DNA of 64,000 nt, taken from assembly GCA_025201805.1 (NCBI GenBank), contig MU619238.1, positions 5,184 through 69,183 on the forward strand. Reading direction: 5' to 3'. Origin of the DNA: Parasitella parasitica NRRL 2501. Taxonomy: Eukaryota; Fungi; Mucoromycota. The stretch's first letter is position 1. Each line of letters starts with the position of its first letter. The notes beneath the pieces are model-generated. The model ran no database searches, was not told the DNA's origin, and saw nothing but the letters and a program-made list of their open reading frames with translations. A program made the position numbers and the translations under genes. Shown here piece by piece: positions 25,010-35,918 of the stretch.

Positions 25010-26689
25010 TCAAGATGTTGTATCGTTCTTCTTTTTTTGTTTTTTGTGAGGGGAAACATGGGGACTTGGTTCATCGACAACCTCCTCTAAAACGTCTTGT
25101 GTAAGATCAATATTATCCAGTAGCTTGTCAAGAATATGTTGTGTGTCTTCAACTAAATATGAAATTCCATACATGTTTTTTACAAAAGATGGCATTACTT
25201 GCGGGTTTATAGATGATGGGCCGAGACTAGAAAAACTGTAATCATTCACGAAGACATAGCTATGGTCGCAAGGTTTGCAAATACTGTAAACGAAGACTCG
25301 TCCATTGTAAAATTGTAATCCGTATAGCTTTAATTTTCTGATAAGCGTTTTTGATGGCACCTCCATATGTGAAACAATATTTTTGAACATGGCCTTCAGA
25401 TTCTTACAAATTTTGTTTCTATCTTCCAGATAGTGCGTGTTGTTCACTTTTTCAAATGGTCCCGATATTTCTATTATCATCATCTCTAAATTGTATTTTT
25501 TGTCCTTCACAATTACATCGATCTTTGGTCCAGCGTATCGTCTCTCATCATCAAAGAGATGTCTGTTGATTTCAGCGGCTTTAGACTTGAGGTTGGTCTC
25601 ACCAAAGAGAAGTGCAGTGCGTGAATTGATATGTAATAAATTTTTTAAAACAGGTGACAGAACAAAGTAAAGAAATGTATCTTCGTTGGCGTAATCATCC
25701 TCTTGTAAGTTGCAATAATGCAACTTGATCACCTTTAATACCCACATTTTGATATGCTCATCTTTGCCCCCACTAACAAGTTGTTTTTCCTTCTTCTCTT
25801 TCTTTATAGCTTTTTTTCGATTAGTTGCAAAGTGTACAGAATTTAAAACTAATTTGCAGATATTTCCAGCTTCAGTGTTGCCTTTACAGACGTTTGTGAA
25901 CTTTGATTTGAAAAACTTGTAATTTGGTTTTCCGAAAACGTCGTATAACTGGTTTTTTTGGGTATTTACTGCAAAGTCGATGATGCCAAAATACAGCATG
26001 CTGTTGATGGAGTAAATACAATGTTACCTCTTAGATGTTATAATACACTTACTTTTGCTTTCCTAATTCTTTTACGTACTTCATTTTGCTTTTAATCTCT
26101 TTTAACTTGTTTTCATATACAATATTTGCAATGCTTGGATTGTCATCACTGAGAAACGGGTTTTCCCCTGAAGAACTTCCAGACTAAAGAAACAAACGTT
26201 GGTAAGTTTAACTTTTTAAAAACGTTTTAAATAATGCGTTACCGTCATAGAAAAAGAAACCTCTTGCGAAAATTCACCCAAGCTTTCTGCAATGCTCCTC
26301 TTATTTTTGTTGCTGTTAATAATCTGACGTAAAGTGGTTAGCATAAGTTTTATCAGTGCTCTTCAAAGTTATCTTACTGAATTTCTCAACAACAATAATT
26401 CGTTCCAATCGACCTTAAATAGATCCAGAGTTATCTATAGGACGCCAGTCTCTATTAGTTCAAGTGTTTCTATCGTGAGATATTCGAGATCGCTTACTTG
26501 AACCTCTTCATTTCTTGCTTTAAAGTCTTTTGCTAACTGGTACCAATTTTTTTTCAGAGTTTCCCAATCTTCATCGTCGTTGAGATCCATAGTTGCGCTG
26601 TGTCTTGCCACATCAATTCTGTGGGAGCTTACAAATTCAAAAAACGAGAAGTTATCTCTGTTAGCACTGTAGAACTTTATAATGTCCAT
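25010..26689 (-). CDS. Lineage-specific orphan protein with a C-terminal PD-(D/E)xK-like nuclease domain; multi-exon
   Basis: 329-aa last ORF with NEDTF, LFGETNL, GPKIDVIV...LEMMIIEISGP, DRNKICKNLKAM, LYGLQFY. Upstream exons have canonical GT-AG sites from ATG 26689. Confidence 0.65.
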
Positions 26690-26964
26690 TTTATGAGAAT
26701 AAAGTGTCAATAACTACGTTGAAGTTTAGATCTATGGGCAACATTATAAATGCAACTCATTTGATTGGATAGTGAGGCTGGTGACGTACACTTTTTATAT
26801 TTGATTGCGAAATGATTTTTTCCAACTGACCATTCTTTACAACAGAATTATTTATTCCTATTCCGTTTAGTGCAACGAAGTTTAGGTATTTCTTTTCAAC
26901 TGCTTCTACAATCACCAAATTTAACTTTTGTTACAGATGGGTTATTAACAATAGAATTGGATGA

Positions 26965-27949
26965 GGACTTCAGCTGAAGGCTTTTGCGATATCCAATGTG
27001 TTCGTATACATGTTCATAAGGTTGAGGGGGCTACTTTATTGTGGTCTTGCAACACCCAATGTGTTCATNNNNNNNNNNNNNNNNNNNNNNNNNNNNNNNN
27101 NNNNNNNNNNNNNNNNNNNNNNNNNNNNNNNNNNNNNNNNNNNNNNNNNNNNNNNNNNNNNNNNNNNNNNNNNNNNNNNNNNNNNNNNNNNNNNNNNNNN
27201 NNNNNNNNNNNNNNNNNNNNNNNNNNNNNNNNNNNNNNNNNNNNNNNNNNNNNNNNNNNNNNNNNNNNNNNNNNNNNNNNNNNNNNNNNNNNNNNNNNNN
27301 NNNNNNNNNNNNNNNNNNNNNNNNNNNNNNNNNNNNNNNNNNNNNNNNNNNNNNNNNNNNNNNNNNNNNNNNNNNNNNNNNNNNNNNNNNNNNNNNNNNN
27401 NNNNNNNNNNNNNNNNNNNNNNNNNNNNNNNNNNNNNNNNNNNNNNNNNNNNNNNNNNNNNNNNNNNNNNNNNNNNNNNNNNNNNNNNNNNNNNNNNNNN
27501 NNNNNNNNNNNNNNNNNNNNNNNNNNNNNNNNNNNNNNNNNNNNNNNNNNNNNNNNNNNNNNNNNNNNNNNNNNNNNNNNNNNNNNNNNNNNNNNNNNNN
27601 NNNNNNNNNNNNNNNNNNNNNNNNNNNNNNNNNNNNNNNNNNNNNNNNNNNNNNNNNNNNNNNNNNNNNNNNNNNNNNNNNNNNNNNNNNNNNNNNNNNN
27701 NNNNNNNNNNNNNNNNNNNNNNNNNNNNNNNNNNNNNNNNNNNNNNNNNNNNNNNNNNNNNNNNNNNNNNNNNNNNNNNNNNNNNNNNNNNNNNNNNNNN
27801 NNNNNNNNNNNNNNNNNNNNNNNNNNNNNNNNNACCCAATGTGTTCATAAACGCGGGCATAAGGTGGAATTGAGCTTTCTTTTGCTGTGATGGTGCTGTC
27901 TTTGCCAATTATTCTGGACTTCAACTGACGGCTTTTGCGATATCCAATG
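26965..27949. repeat. Degenerate tandem repeat flanking an assembly gap (gap 27069-27833)
   Basis: ggacttca(g/a)ctga(a/c)ggcttttgcgatatccaatg occurs at ~26965 and ~27916. acccaatgtgttcat lies on both sides of the gap. Confidence 0.75.
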
Positions 27950-28142
27950 GGTTTATGTATGTTTGTAGGTCCTCTATATATATATGTATTGACTCAATGC
28001 ATTCAACCTTGAAAAACTTTGTAATTCTGAGATTCGCAGTTTTTCGATTGCCCAGTTGCAACACATTTTATATGGAAGTCTCTCAAATGCATGGCCTCAT
28101 AGCAAGCCCTTTTAATATAAGATATAAGTTTACAAATAACAT

Positions 28143-28938
28143 CTAAGAAAGAGATTTGAGATACACCTCCATGTTGGGACGTTTCTCAATTGCATCAATA
28201 AATTTGGCGAGGTTAGGTGCAGTGCCTTTCAGCTTATCGCGAGCCCCACCATCGTCAATCATATGATAAACCAGAAAATCAGGATAAGTGATCTATATAT
28301 GTATATATATATGTTAGCAATCTATTCAAATATTTGCCTTGTGTAGACTACTTTTTCACCAAGAAGATAAGGACCGTTGTAATTAGAGTAATACTTTTCA
28401 AATAGACTGATTTGTGCTGGAATTACATCCTTGGCGTAACTGGCTTGTTCCTCCTGGATGTGAAACGCAAAATGTGTTAATGGCTGTCATCTGTAATAGC
28501 TTTTCGATATACAGTATGTACTAACTTCGGACCCAAAGAAAGCACTCTTCATTTGTCCAAACCAAATATCATTGAGTTCAGCAACAACATCCAAAAGCTG
28601 GTCTTCTTCAGGAGTCGACCCATGATATTTGCCGCCCAACTTGATGGAAATATAGCGCATAATAGCGACAGTCTTGAAAAACCTTCGACCGCTAGTCTCA
28701 ATGTAAGGAAGTGTACAAGAGTGAGCGCCATCTTGTTGAAGCCTTTCCTTGAGATCAAGCCATTCGGCACTTTGTATACGAACATATTCATGGTCTAATC
28801 CGGCATCTACAAGCATGAGTTTGACATTTTCCCCACGAGCACGGGTGACTATAAAAATGATTAGGACTATAAAATGACACAGACATCTCACTTACGTTTT
28901 GCACCAACAATAAAGTAACATAAAGTGATTTTATCCAT
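28143..28938 (-). CDS. Glutathione S-transferase (Tyr-type, sigma/pi-like), tandem copy 1
   Basis: MDKITLCYF...RARGENVKLML, TLPYIE, GPYLLGEK-ITYPDFLVYHMIDD, RPNMEVYL. Three introns. Confidence 0.9.
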
Positions 28939-29581
28939 TTTTGATATGTAATTGTAGCAACAGCGGTTCAAATAAGAGTATAATTTATACTAGTCTTGAG
29001 ATGCGAAGGATTATCCCCAAAAAAAAACCAGAATCAACCCCACCAGATTGTTTGAAGATCTGATTGCTATTCTTTAGACACGTATGCGCATATTGGTTTG
29101 AATCGTTCATTGAAGGGAATTATAATCTTTCTTGAGGAAGTAGTCTGCTTGCTATGTTTGTCGACCTCTCGCAAAGAGTTCCAGATGCTATGCTAAGGAT
29201 AAATATAATTCCAAGCATTGAGCATGTAGCGCTTAAATGTATACAGATATCTTATCAAAAAATAGACTATGACAGAATTGCTATATATATTAAAACGATC
29301 TTGAGTCAAACCAGGCTTTTCTGATGCATATGCCAACTTTTTTTATAGCTGGATATCATTATGCTTTTTAAAAGCTTGAAAAAGCCTGTTAACTGGTCGA
29401 GGAATATCATATGCGCGTTTTAATCTCAAAACTATCTGCTTAAATGTCAAGATTTACTAGTGGGTATTTTTTTCAATGCAAATAGGCATAAATGCACTAT
29501 GTCTATTCAATAAATAAATAATTCCCCATCACTGTCAGCATAACATATATAAAATGGTCTTTATTGATGATAAATATATAT

Positions 29582-30374
29582 CTAAGAAAGAGACTTGAGG
29601 TATTGTGTTATGTTGGGGCGTTTCTCAAAGGCATCAATAAACTTGACAAGATTAGGTGCAACACCTTCCAGCTTGTCGCGAGCCCCACCATCATCAATCA
29701 TATGGTAAACCAAAAAATCAGGGTAAGTGAGCTGCATGTAGTGGTTAGTAAACCATCCATATGATTTTTTTCTACAATTTACCTTTTCACCAAGGAGATA
29801 GGGGCCTTCACGATCAGCGTAATACTTTTCAAACATGTCAATTTGTGCTGGAAGCGTATTATTGGCATAATTGGCTTTTACTTCCTACATATTATGCGAA
29901 GGTGTTAAAAGGCATTATTATGGATAACTTTGTGAGATATAGTCCAACTTACGTCAGATCCCGCGAAGGAGTTCTTCAAGTGATCAAACCAAACATCACT
30001 GACCTCAGCAACAACGTCCAAAAGCTGATTGTCTTCAGGAGTTGATCCATGATATTTGCCCTCTAGTCGCGTGGAGAGGTAACGCATGATAGGGACCGTC
30101 TTGAAGAAGCATTGGCCATTGGTTTCAATGTAAGGAAGCGTGCAAGAATGGGCGCCTTTTTCTTTTTTAAGAGTCTCCTTTAATGCTGGCCATTCAGGTC
30201 TTTCTACACGAACATATTCGTGATCTAATCCAGCATCTACAAGCATGAGTTTGACATTTTCTCCACGAGCAAGTGTGACTAAAAAAAATAATCAGGATCA
30301 TGGCAGCATCGCTTGCTATGTGTTATGTTACCTTTTCCAGCAACGAGAAAGTAATATAAAGTGATTTTATCCAT
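29582..30374 (-). CDS. Glutathione S-transferase, tandem copy 2
   Basis: Same motifs and intron positions as copy 1. ATG at 30374. Confidence 0.9.
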
Positions 30375-30908
30375 TTTTAAATATGTGGTTGCAGGAAGAG
30401 CTGTGTAATTACACGATCTATTGAAGTTAAATTTATATTAGTTTGTGAACTGAGCGTATGAACTGGACATTAAAGGACTGTCTTGCCCCTGATCATTCGC
30501 TTATAAATTTATTTCAATGACCCGCTTCCCCAAAAATTAATGTGACCCCACGAGAGTACTCAGCGTATTTTCGGTTTACTTGATAATCCGTATAAATTAT
30601 TGTTAAAAAAAACGGATTTGAATAGGGAAGGGAGAGTGCATCTCGAAGAAATGATATATATTCATAGCATTTCGGTCGACTTTTTACCGATACTTCGGAT
30701 AAATACAATGAAGGCGCAGCAGATCATGCAACGCTCGAAAACGCGCAGACTACATAAATAAATAGACTATCAGTAGTAGTGCATTACTTGTATCGTAACA
30801 AAACATGCATTCAAAAAAATTTAAAAAAAAGAGCTGTTTTGCCATACGACGCTATGTACTGCTCCGCCAAAACTTATCTTTATCTATACGATACACGTAT
30901 CTATCTAT

Positions 30909-31644
30909 TTAAGCAGAAAGATGCTTCAAGTATTTTATCATGTTGGGACGTTGCTCAAAAGCATCGATAAATTTGATAAGATTGGATGTCAATTTCTCGC
31001 GAAGCGTATTATCATCAATCATGTGATAAATCAGAAAGTCAGGATAAGTAAGCTACACATGCATTGTAAGGAAATTGTCTTAGCGACTCAATTGGGTGAC
31101 ATAAATAATACCTTTTCGCCAAGAAGGTAAGGACCTTTGCGATCAGAATAGAACTTTTCAAATATGTCGATCTGTGCTGGAATCGTTTTATTGGTATACT
31201 CCTCTTTTAGTTCCTGCGCAGATTACGATCGTGTTAGTAGCTGGTGTCCATAAACATATTCATACGAACCTCAGAGCCATAAAATGCCCTCTTCATTTGC
31301 TCAAACCAAGTGTCATTGAGCTCAGCAACTACATCTAAAAGTTGATCTTCTTCAGGAGTTGCTCCATGATATATGCCACCCATTTTAGTGGAAACGTAGC
31401 GCATGATAGGAACACTCTTGAAAAATTTTTGACCTGCTATTTCAATGTAAGGAAGCGTACTAGAGTGAGCCCCTTCTTGTTGAAGTTGTTTCTTGAATGG
31501 AGGCCATTCGTCTCTTCGTATACGACCATAGTCATGGTCCAAACCAGCATCTACAAGCATGAGCTTAACATTTTCTCCACGACCAAATGTGGAGCTGGTT
31601 TCGAGCATAAAGTAGCATAAAGTTATACGATCCATCTGTGACAT
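30909..31644 (-). CDS. Glutathione S-transferase, tandem copy 3 (lacks intron 1)
   Basis: MSQMDRITLCYF...FGRGENVKLML is continuous. Two introns. Stop TAA 30909-30911. Confidence 0.9.
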
Positions 31645-32236
31645 GAACTAGCAGTATGTCGTCCTAAAAGAACACGGGCTACGACTACCGAAGTACAATT
31701 TTATATGAGTTACTAGCATGCAAGGACTGGTTTACCTCTGATTTCACGCTCATGCATCACTGTCTCACCAAACTGTTGCGGGTACGGTAAATATCTTCTG
31801 CTAATACCATGTGGAAGCTTTCGAATAATACGGGCATCTCCTTCAAATTGCTATGAAAATCTTAACGTAACATGTTGTTTGAGTCTCATCACAACATTGC
31901 TAGTAAACTAGCTTAAAACGTAACGTCGAATATCTACTACAGAGAAGATAACAGCTTATCCAGAGCACGTAGACGTTTAGCAAAATTGACCAAGTAGCTC
32001 TGTTTTCATCTTTTACGATCAATACATTTGAATTTTGCACGCTGCAACCTAATTCACGCAAAAAGATACATGCGTATTGAGTAATTGTCAGTGCGAGCTC
32101 GTTTATATGAAACTGTCAAGTGGTTTATCATGGTAGCCTCCAGCAGTGAAAACGGCTCGTTAGAACTCAGAACAAATAGATAGCATTGTTCCAAAAGTTT
32201 TTACATTGCTCTTTTTCAATTAAAAAGTACAAAAAT

Positions 32237-33208
32237 ATGCCACCTCGATTTGGAGGAGCACCTAAATGTCCACGCTGTGAGAAATGTAAGTTGATTTCAT
32301 AATGAAATTTGTATGGAATTGACCGATTTATTTTTTCTCTCTTCTTCTATATAGCTGTTTATATGGCGGAACAGGTAGCGTTAAACATATTGATAAACAA
32401 TATCAATATACTAAAAATAGCATAGGTTCTTGGCCCAGGAGGACAGTGGCATAACTACTGTTTGACTTGCAAGGTAATAAAGCCCTATTTTGCATGAATT
32501 TAGCTGACTAAAAAGCGCCAAACAGGAATGCAACAAAAGGCTCGATTCGACAACGTTGACAGAAAAGGATAATGAGGTAAGGATGACCTGAGAAAACACC
32601 AAGCATGATGAATTAATATGCAAATAATAAAAGGCCTATTGTAGAATCCGCTGTAGCCGTAAATGGGGACCTAAAGGTTATGGATTTGGTAACGTATTGT
32701 TTTTTTATGGTAAAATGTGTGTGCACATGCGTGTATTAATGCGTTTCACTATTCAAGCTGGAGGTGCTGCATTCTTGAGCACAGAGAACAAGATGCCTAG
32801 TGAAATCCTGTGAAACTGATACTTTTAGGACAGTAGCAGCAGCAGCACCCACTTTGCCTGCTCGCGCAACACCACCATTGCCTTCTAGACCAACAAACAA
32901 TGACAACCAGGTCATAGTACATCAGAAATCATACAAGCTATGTACCTCGTAAATTTGGTTTTCAAGCACAACAAGATATCTGCACTGGATGTGGTAAGAT
33001 CGTTTACGCAGCTGAACTTGCGTTGGGAGCGGGCAACAAATATCACAAAATGTGCTTGAAATGTTGTCAGTGCGGTAAAAGGCTAGATTCTACTAATATG
33101 GTAGATCGTGATTTCGATCTTTATTGTCGAGGGTGTTATTCCAAGTCTTTTGATCCCAAGGGATATGGTTACAATAATTTACTAACACCTGAAGGGGCTA
33201 CCCGTTGA
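32237..33208 (+). pseudogene. Two-LIM-domain cysteine-rich protein (CRP/CSRP-like), apparently disrupted
   Basis: FGGAPKCPRCEK..WHNYCLTCKECNKRLDST..GPKGYGF and a second LIM domain CTGCGK..YHKMCLKCCQCGKRLDST. In-frame TGA at 32811, a frameshift in the linker, and CRIRC in place of the expected CxxCY. Confidence 0.75.
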
Positions 33209-33407
33209 ATAAATCTATATCATCTTGACGCAATCATGTATGGTGCATCACCTTGCCTTATTTGGACTATGACGATCCAAATGAACATTCAATGATGCAA
33301 CGATTTGCAAATACTGTTAATTTTCAAGTATATAAAAAGAGCAATGATTGTCAACTACGAATCAGTTAGTTTACAATATCTGAATATAACTAAGAAAATA
33401 AACTAAA

Positions 33408-33701
33408 ATGGATTTCTCAAAAACTGAATCAAAGAAGGACCGCGCTGTTGGCAACGTCAAGGACAATTTTGGAGGCGCCGTTGGTAATGATTCTCTCCAA
33501 GCAGAGGGTAAGGCACAAAACAGCTCTGGTCAGGCTCAAGGAGTTCTTGCCACTGCTCAAGATTATGTAGCTGGTGCTGCTGATCAAATCTCGGGCGTCG
33601 TGAAGGGTGCTACCAACTCACTTACTGGTAACAACTCTGGAGAAGCTGGAAACAAGGTACAAGAGAAGAAGGGTGAGGCTCAAAAGAACTGGAACTCTTA
33701 A
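33408..33701 (+). CDS. CsbD/LEA-like small hydrophilic stress protein (Hmp1-like)
   Basis: GNVKDNFGGAVGNDSLQAEGKAQ and GVVKGATNSLTGNNSGEAG repeats. TATAAAAA at ~33330. 97 aa. Confidence 0.85.
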   Translation: MDFSKTESKKDRAVGNVKDNFGGAVGNDSLQAEGKAQNSSGQAQGVLATAQDYVAGAADQISGVVKGATNSLTGNNSGEAGNKVQEKKGEAQKNWNS

Positions 33702-33845
33702 ACTGTATCCCCCCCCCCATTACTACTTTTATCAAACTAAATCGATCCCCTTTCATATATTAAATAAATGAATACACCATTTGTCAATCTCTAAATACGC
33801 AACTACTGTATATAAAGAGGTTTATTTACATCTACTTTGATATTT

Positions 33846-35567
33846 TCAAGATATACCAAGTGTTCTTTTACTAAACTCGTATACGGCATAGCTAATACTA
33901 ACAGAAGGCACGACCTTGAATAGCGTTGGCCCTAAACCTTTGTAAAATCCTCTCACACCATCAGCATGGAGCGTCTTTTTGGCGGCATCCCAAGCAGAGG
34001 TGTATCTATGTGGATGTGCAAGTGTCCCTTGAGCTTGCAGTCTATCAAGACGTTGGATTAGTCTGTGTATTTCTCTTGATGATGTCAATAGATGAAAAAT
34101 ATACCTTGTTCTAATCATGTTTAAAGGATACACACTGCTGGCGCCAATTGATCCACTCACCATTCCACAGGCCCATAAGATCAAGACATTGGGCTGTTTA
34201 CTTTTACCGTGCTCGTCCTTTTGTGCATTTATATATTGCAGATATGTCACTTTGAGCGTTTCATAGATACCCATATCTAATGCTTGGTATGGAAATACAC
34301 CCATTAAACTCACAGTTAGCCCAGGCCAGAACCCTTTCAATCCGCCTGTTCTGTACATTGATTTAGCTGTATTGAATATCAAGTTCTTTTGTCTCGCCTT
34401 GAAGACGTCGCGTTTCTTTTCTCCGGTGGCTTCGATGATCATGGAAGACATGATGCGAGTCTTTAGGGTCTCGACGGGATAAATACAAAATTGGGCACAG
34501 AGACCAGCTATACCACCAGCGACAAACCTCGCACTCACAGGTATACCATTCTTATCTTTTGAATCCGTTAGTTCTGCTCTCAAATACATAAAATTTGATG
34601 GCTGACTCAGGCACAATCTTTATGACATTGAGGCCATTACCAACAAAGAACGCTCTGAATCCGCCTTGGTGGTAAATGTTCTTCATTCCCGTTAGAAGAG
34701 CTGATTGCGAGTTTTTGGCATTCGCCGTTGATGTGATGGCTTGTTGATGCATTTTCGTGTATGATGTTTGGGTAATGAGGTATATTTTGAGTCTATCAAA
34801 CGGAGCTGTACATGTTCTGGACACAGCACCTGCCATACCACCTGCAGCTAAATATTTATATGCGTTATGTGCTGTTTCGTCTGTGTGAGGAATCACAACT
34901 TCGGCATCGTGAGTAAGCTGGGTAGAGGATTGATAATATTGATAGATTTCTAGTATTGTAGTTTCACGTGGAAGTAGCTGAGGAGAGAAACTGGGTTAGA
35001 AGCATTTACGTACATCCGCTTCAATTATACTTTACTAATAGGAAATCCCGCCAATCCTGAAAATCTATGTAGCCATTACCCTCTACACGACGACAACAAT
35101 AAAAGTCAGCATGAAGTACCATCATCCCTCCCCCCCCCCCCACTTTACACATTACCAATGTCAATGACATGCATGAAATTCTCGATATCTTCATCTGTGA
35201 CATGAATACCCGCATCTTTCAAAGCACATTCAAGATCTTTGGCATGTATTCTGAAATCCCCTGATTTGTTGATTTCAGAGAACAACTGCCAAAGGTCCTT
35301 TTCTTTATCCAAAACATAGGTTCTAAACTCGTGGTAATCTATAATTCCATCTTGCGCTGTATCACATTTCGCTAGTAGATCAGTAACGTAACGCGTGTGT
35401 GCTGGCAAATGTGTTAATTTGAGAAAGCCTCCGAGAATTGCTTCAGAATCCAGATACCCTCGTCCTTTAGAATCCAGTGATTCGAATAGACTCTTTATCC
35501 TTGCTTCTCGTTCGCCAGCTTTTTCGTCGAAATAAGGATGTGGTGACCCAGGTATCGACGAACTCAT
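33846..35567 (-). CDS. SAL1: Ca2+-binding mitochondrial ATP-Mg/Pi carrier (Sal1/SCaMC) with an apparent internal frameshift near 34578
   Basis: N-terminal EF-hands (DSKGRGYLD, DTAQDGIIDYHEF). Carrier repeats AGGMAGAVSRTCTAPFDRLK, YPVETLKTRIM, YPLNMIRTRLQAQ. The frame changes at FYVFE/AELTDS with no room for an intron. Confidence 0.9.
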
Positions 35568-35918
35568 AACTATAAACAGACCTTAATATTTTCCCTTTTT
35601 GTACAATAAAAACGAAACCCTACCATTGATTATCTTTTTGCTGTGTAAAAAATTGTGATACTGTTTTATAATCCAAAAGAAAAAGAAAAAGGAAATAAAC
35701 GAGCGTTTGTTGTCTATAGTTGGCCCTGGTTTTTTTTCTATGATATAACAAAATTGCTGATCTTTGAAAAACAAAAACAAAAAAAAAGGTGTGGGGAAGA
35801 TGAACGAGATTTTTTTGTAGGTTGATCTCGTCCTATAAACACCCAGTGCTCTCCCCTGTTGGACAAAGTGGCATAGTATGTGCTAAAATGCTATCATAAC
35901 CAAATATACGTGATTTTA

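Noticed and set aside
26961-27924. Long ORFs of 269-309 aa in the ORF track
   Set aside because: Artefacts of translating through the N gap. The same applies to the ORFs at 44686-45135 and 53780-54180.
26965-27949. CRISPR-like repeat/spacer reading of the gap-flanking repeats
   Set aside because: Eukaryotic context, degenerate unequal units, no cas genes.
32811-32819. In-frame TGA in the LIM gene read as selenocysteine or readthrough
   Set aside because: It is not at a Cys position and is followed by a second TGA, a TAG and a frameshift.
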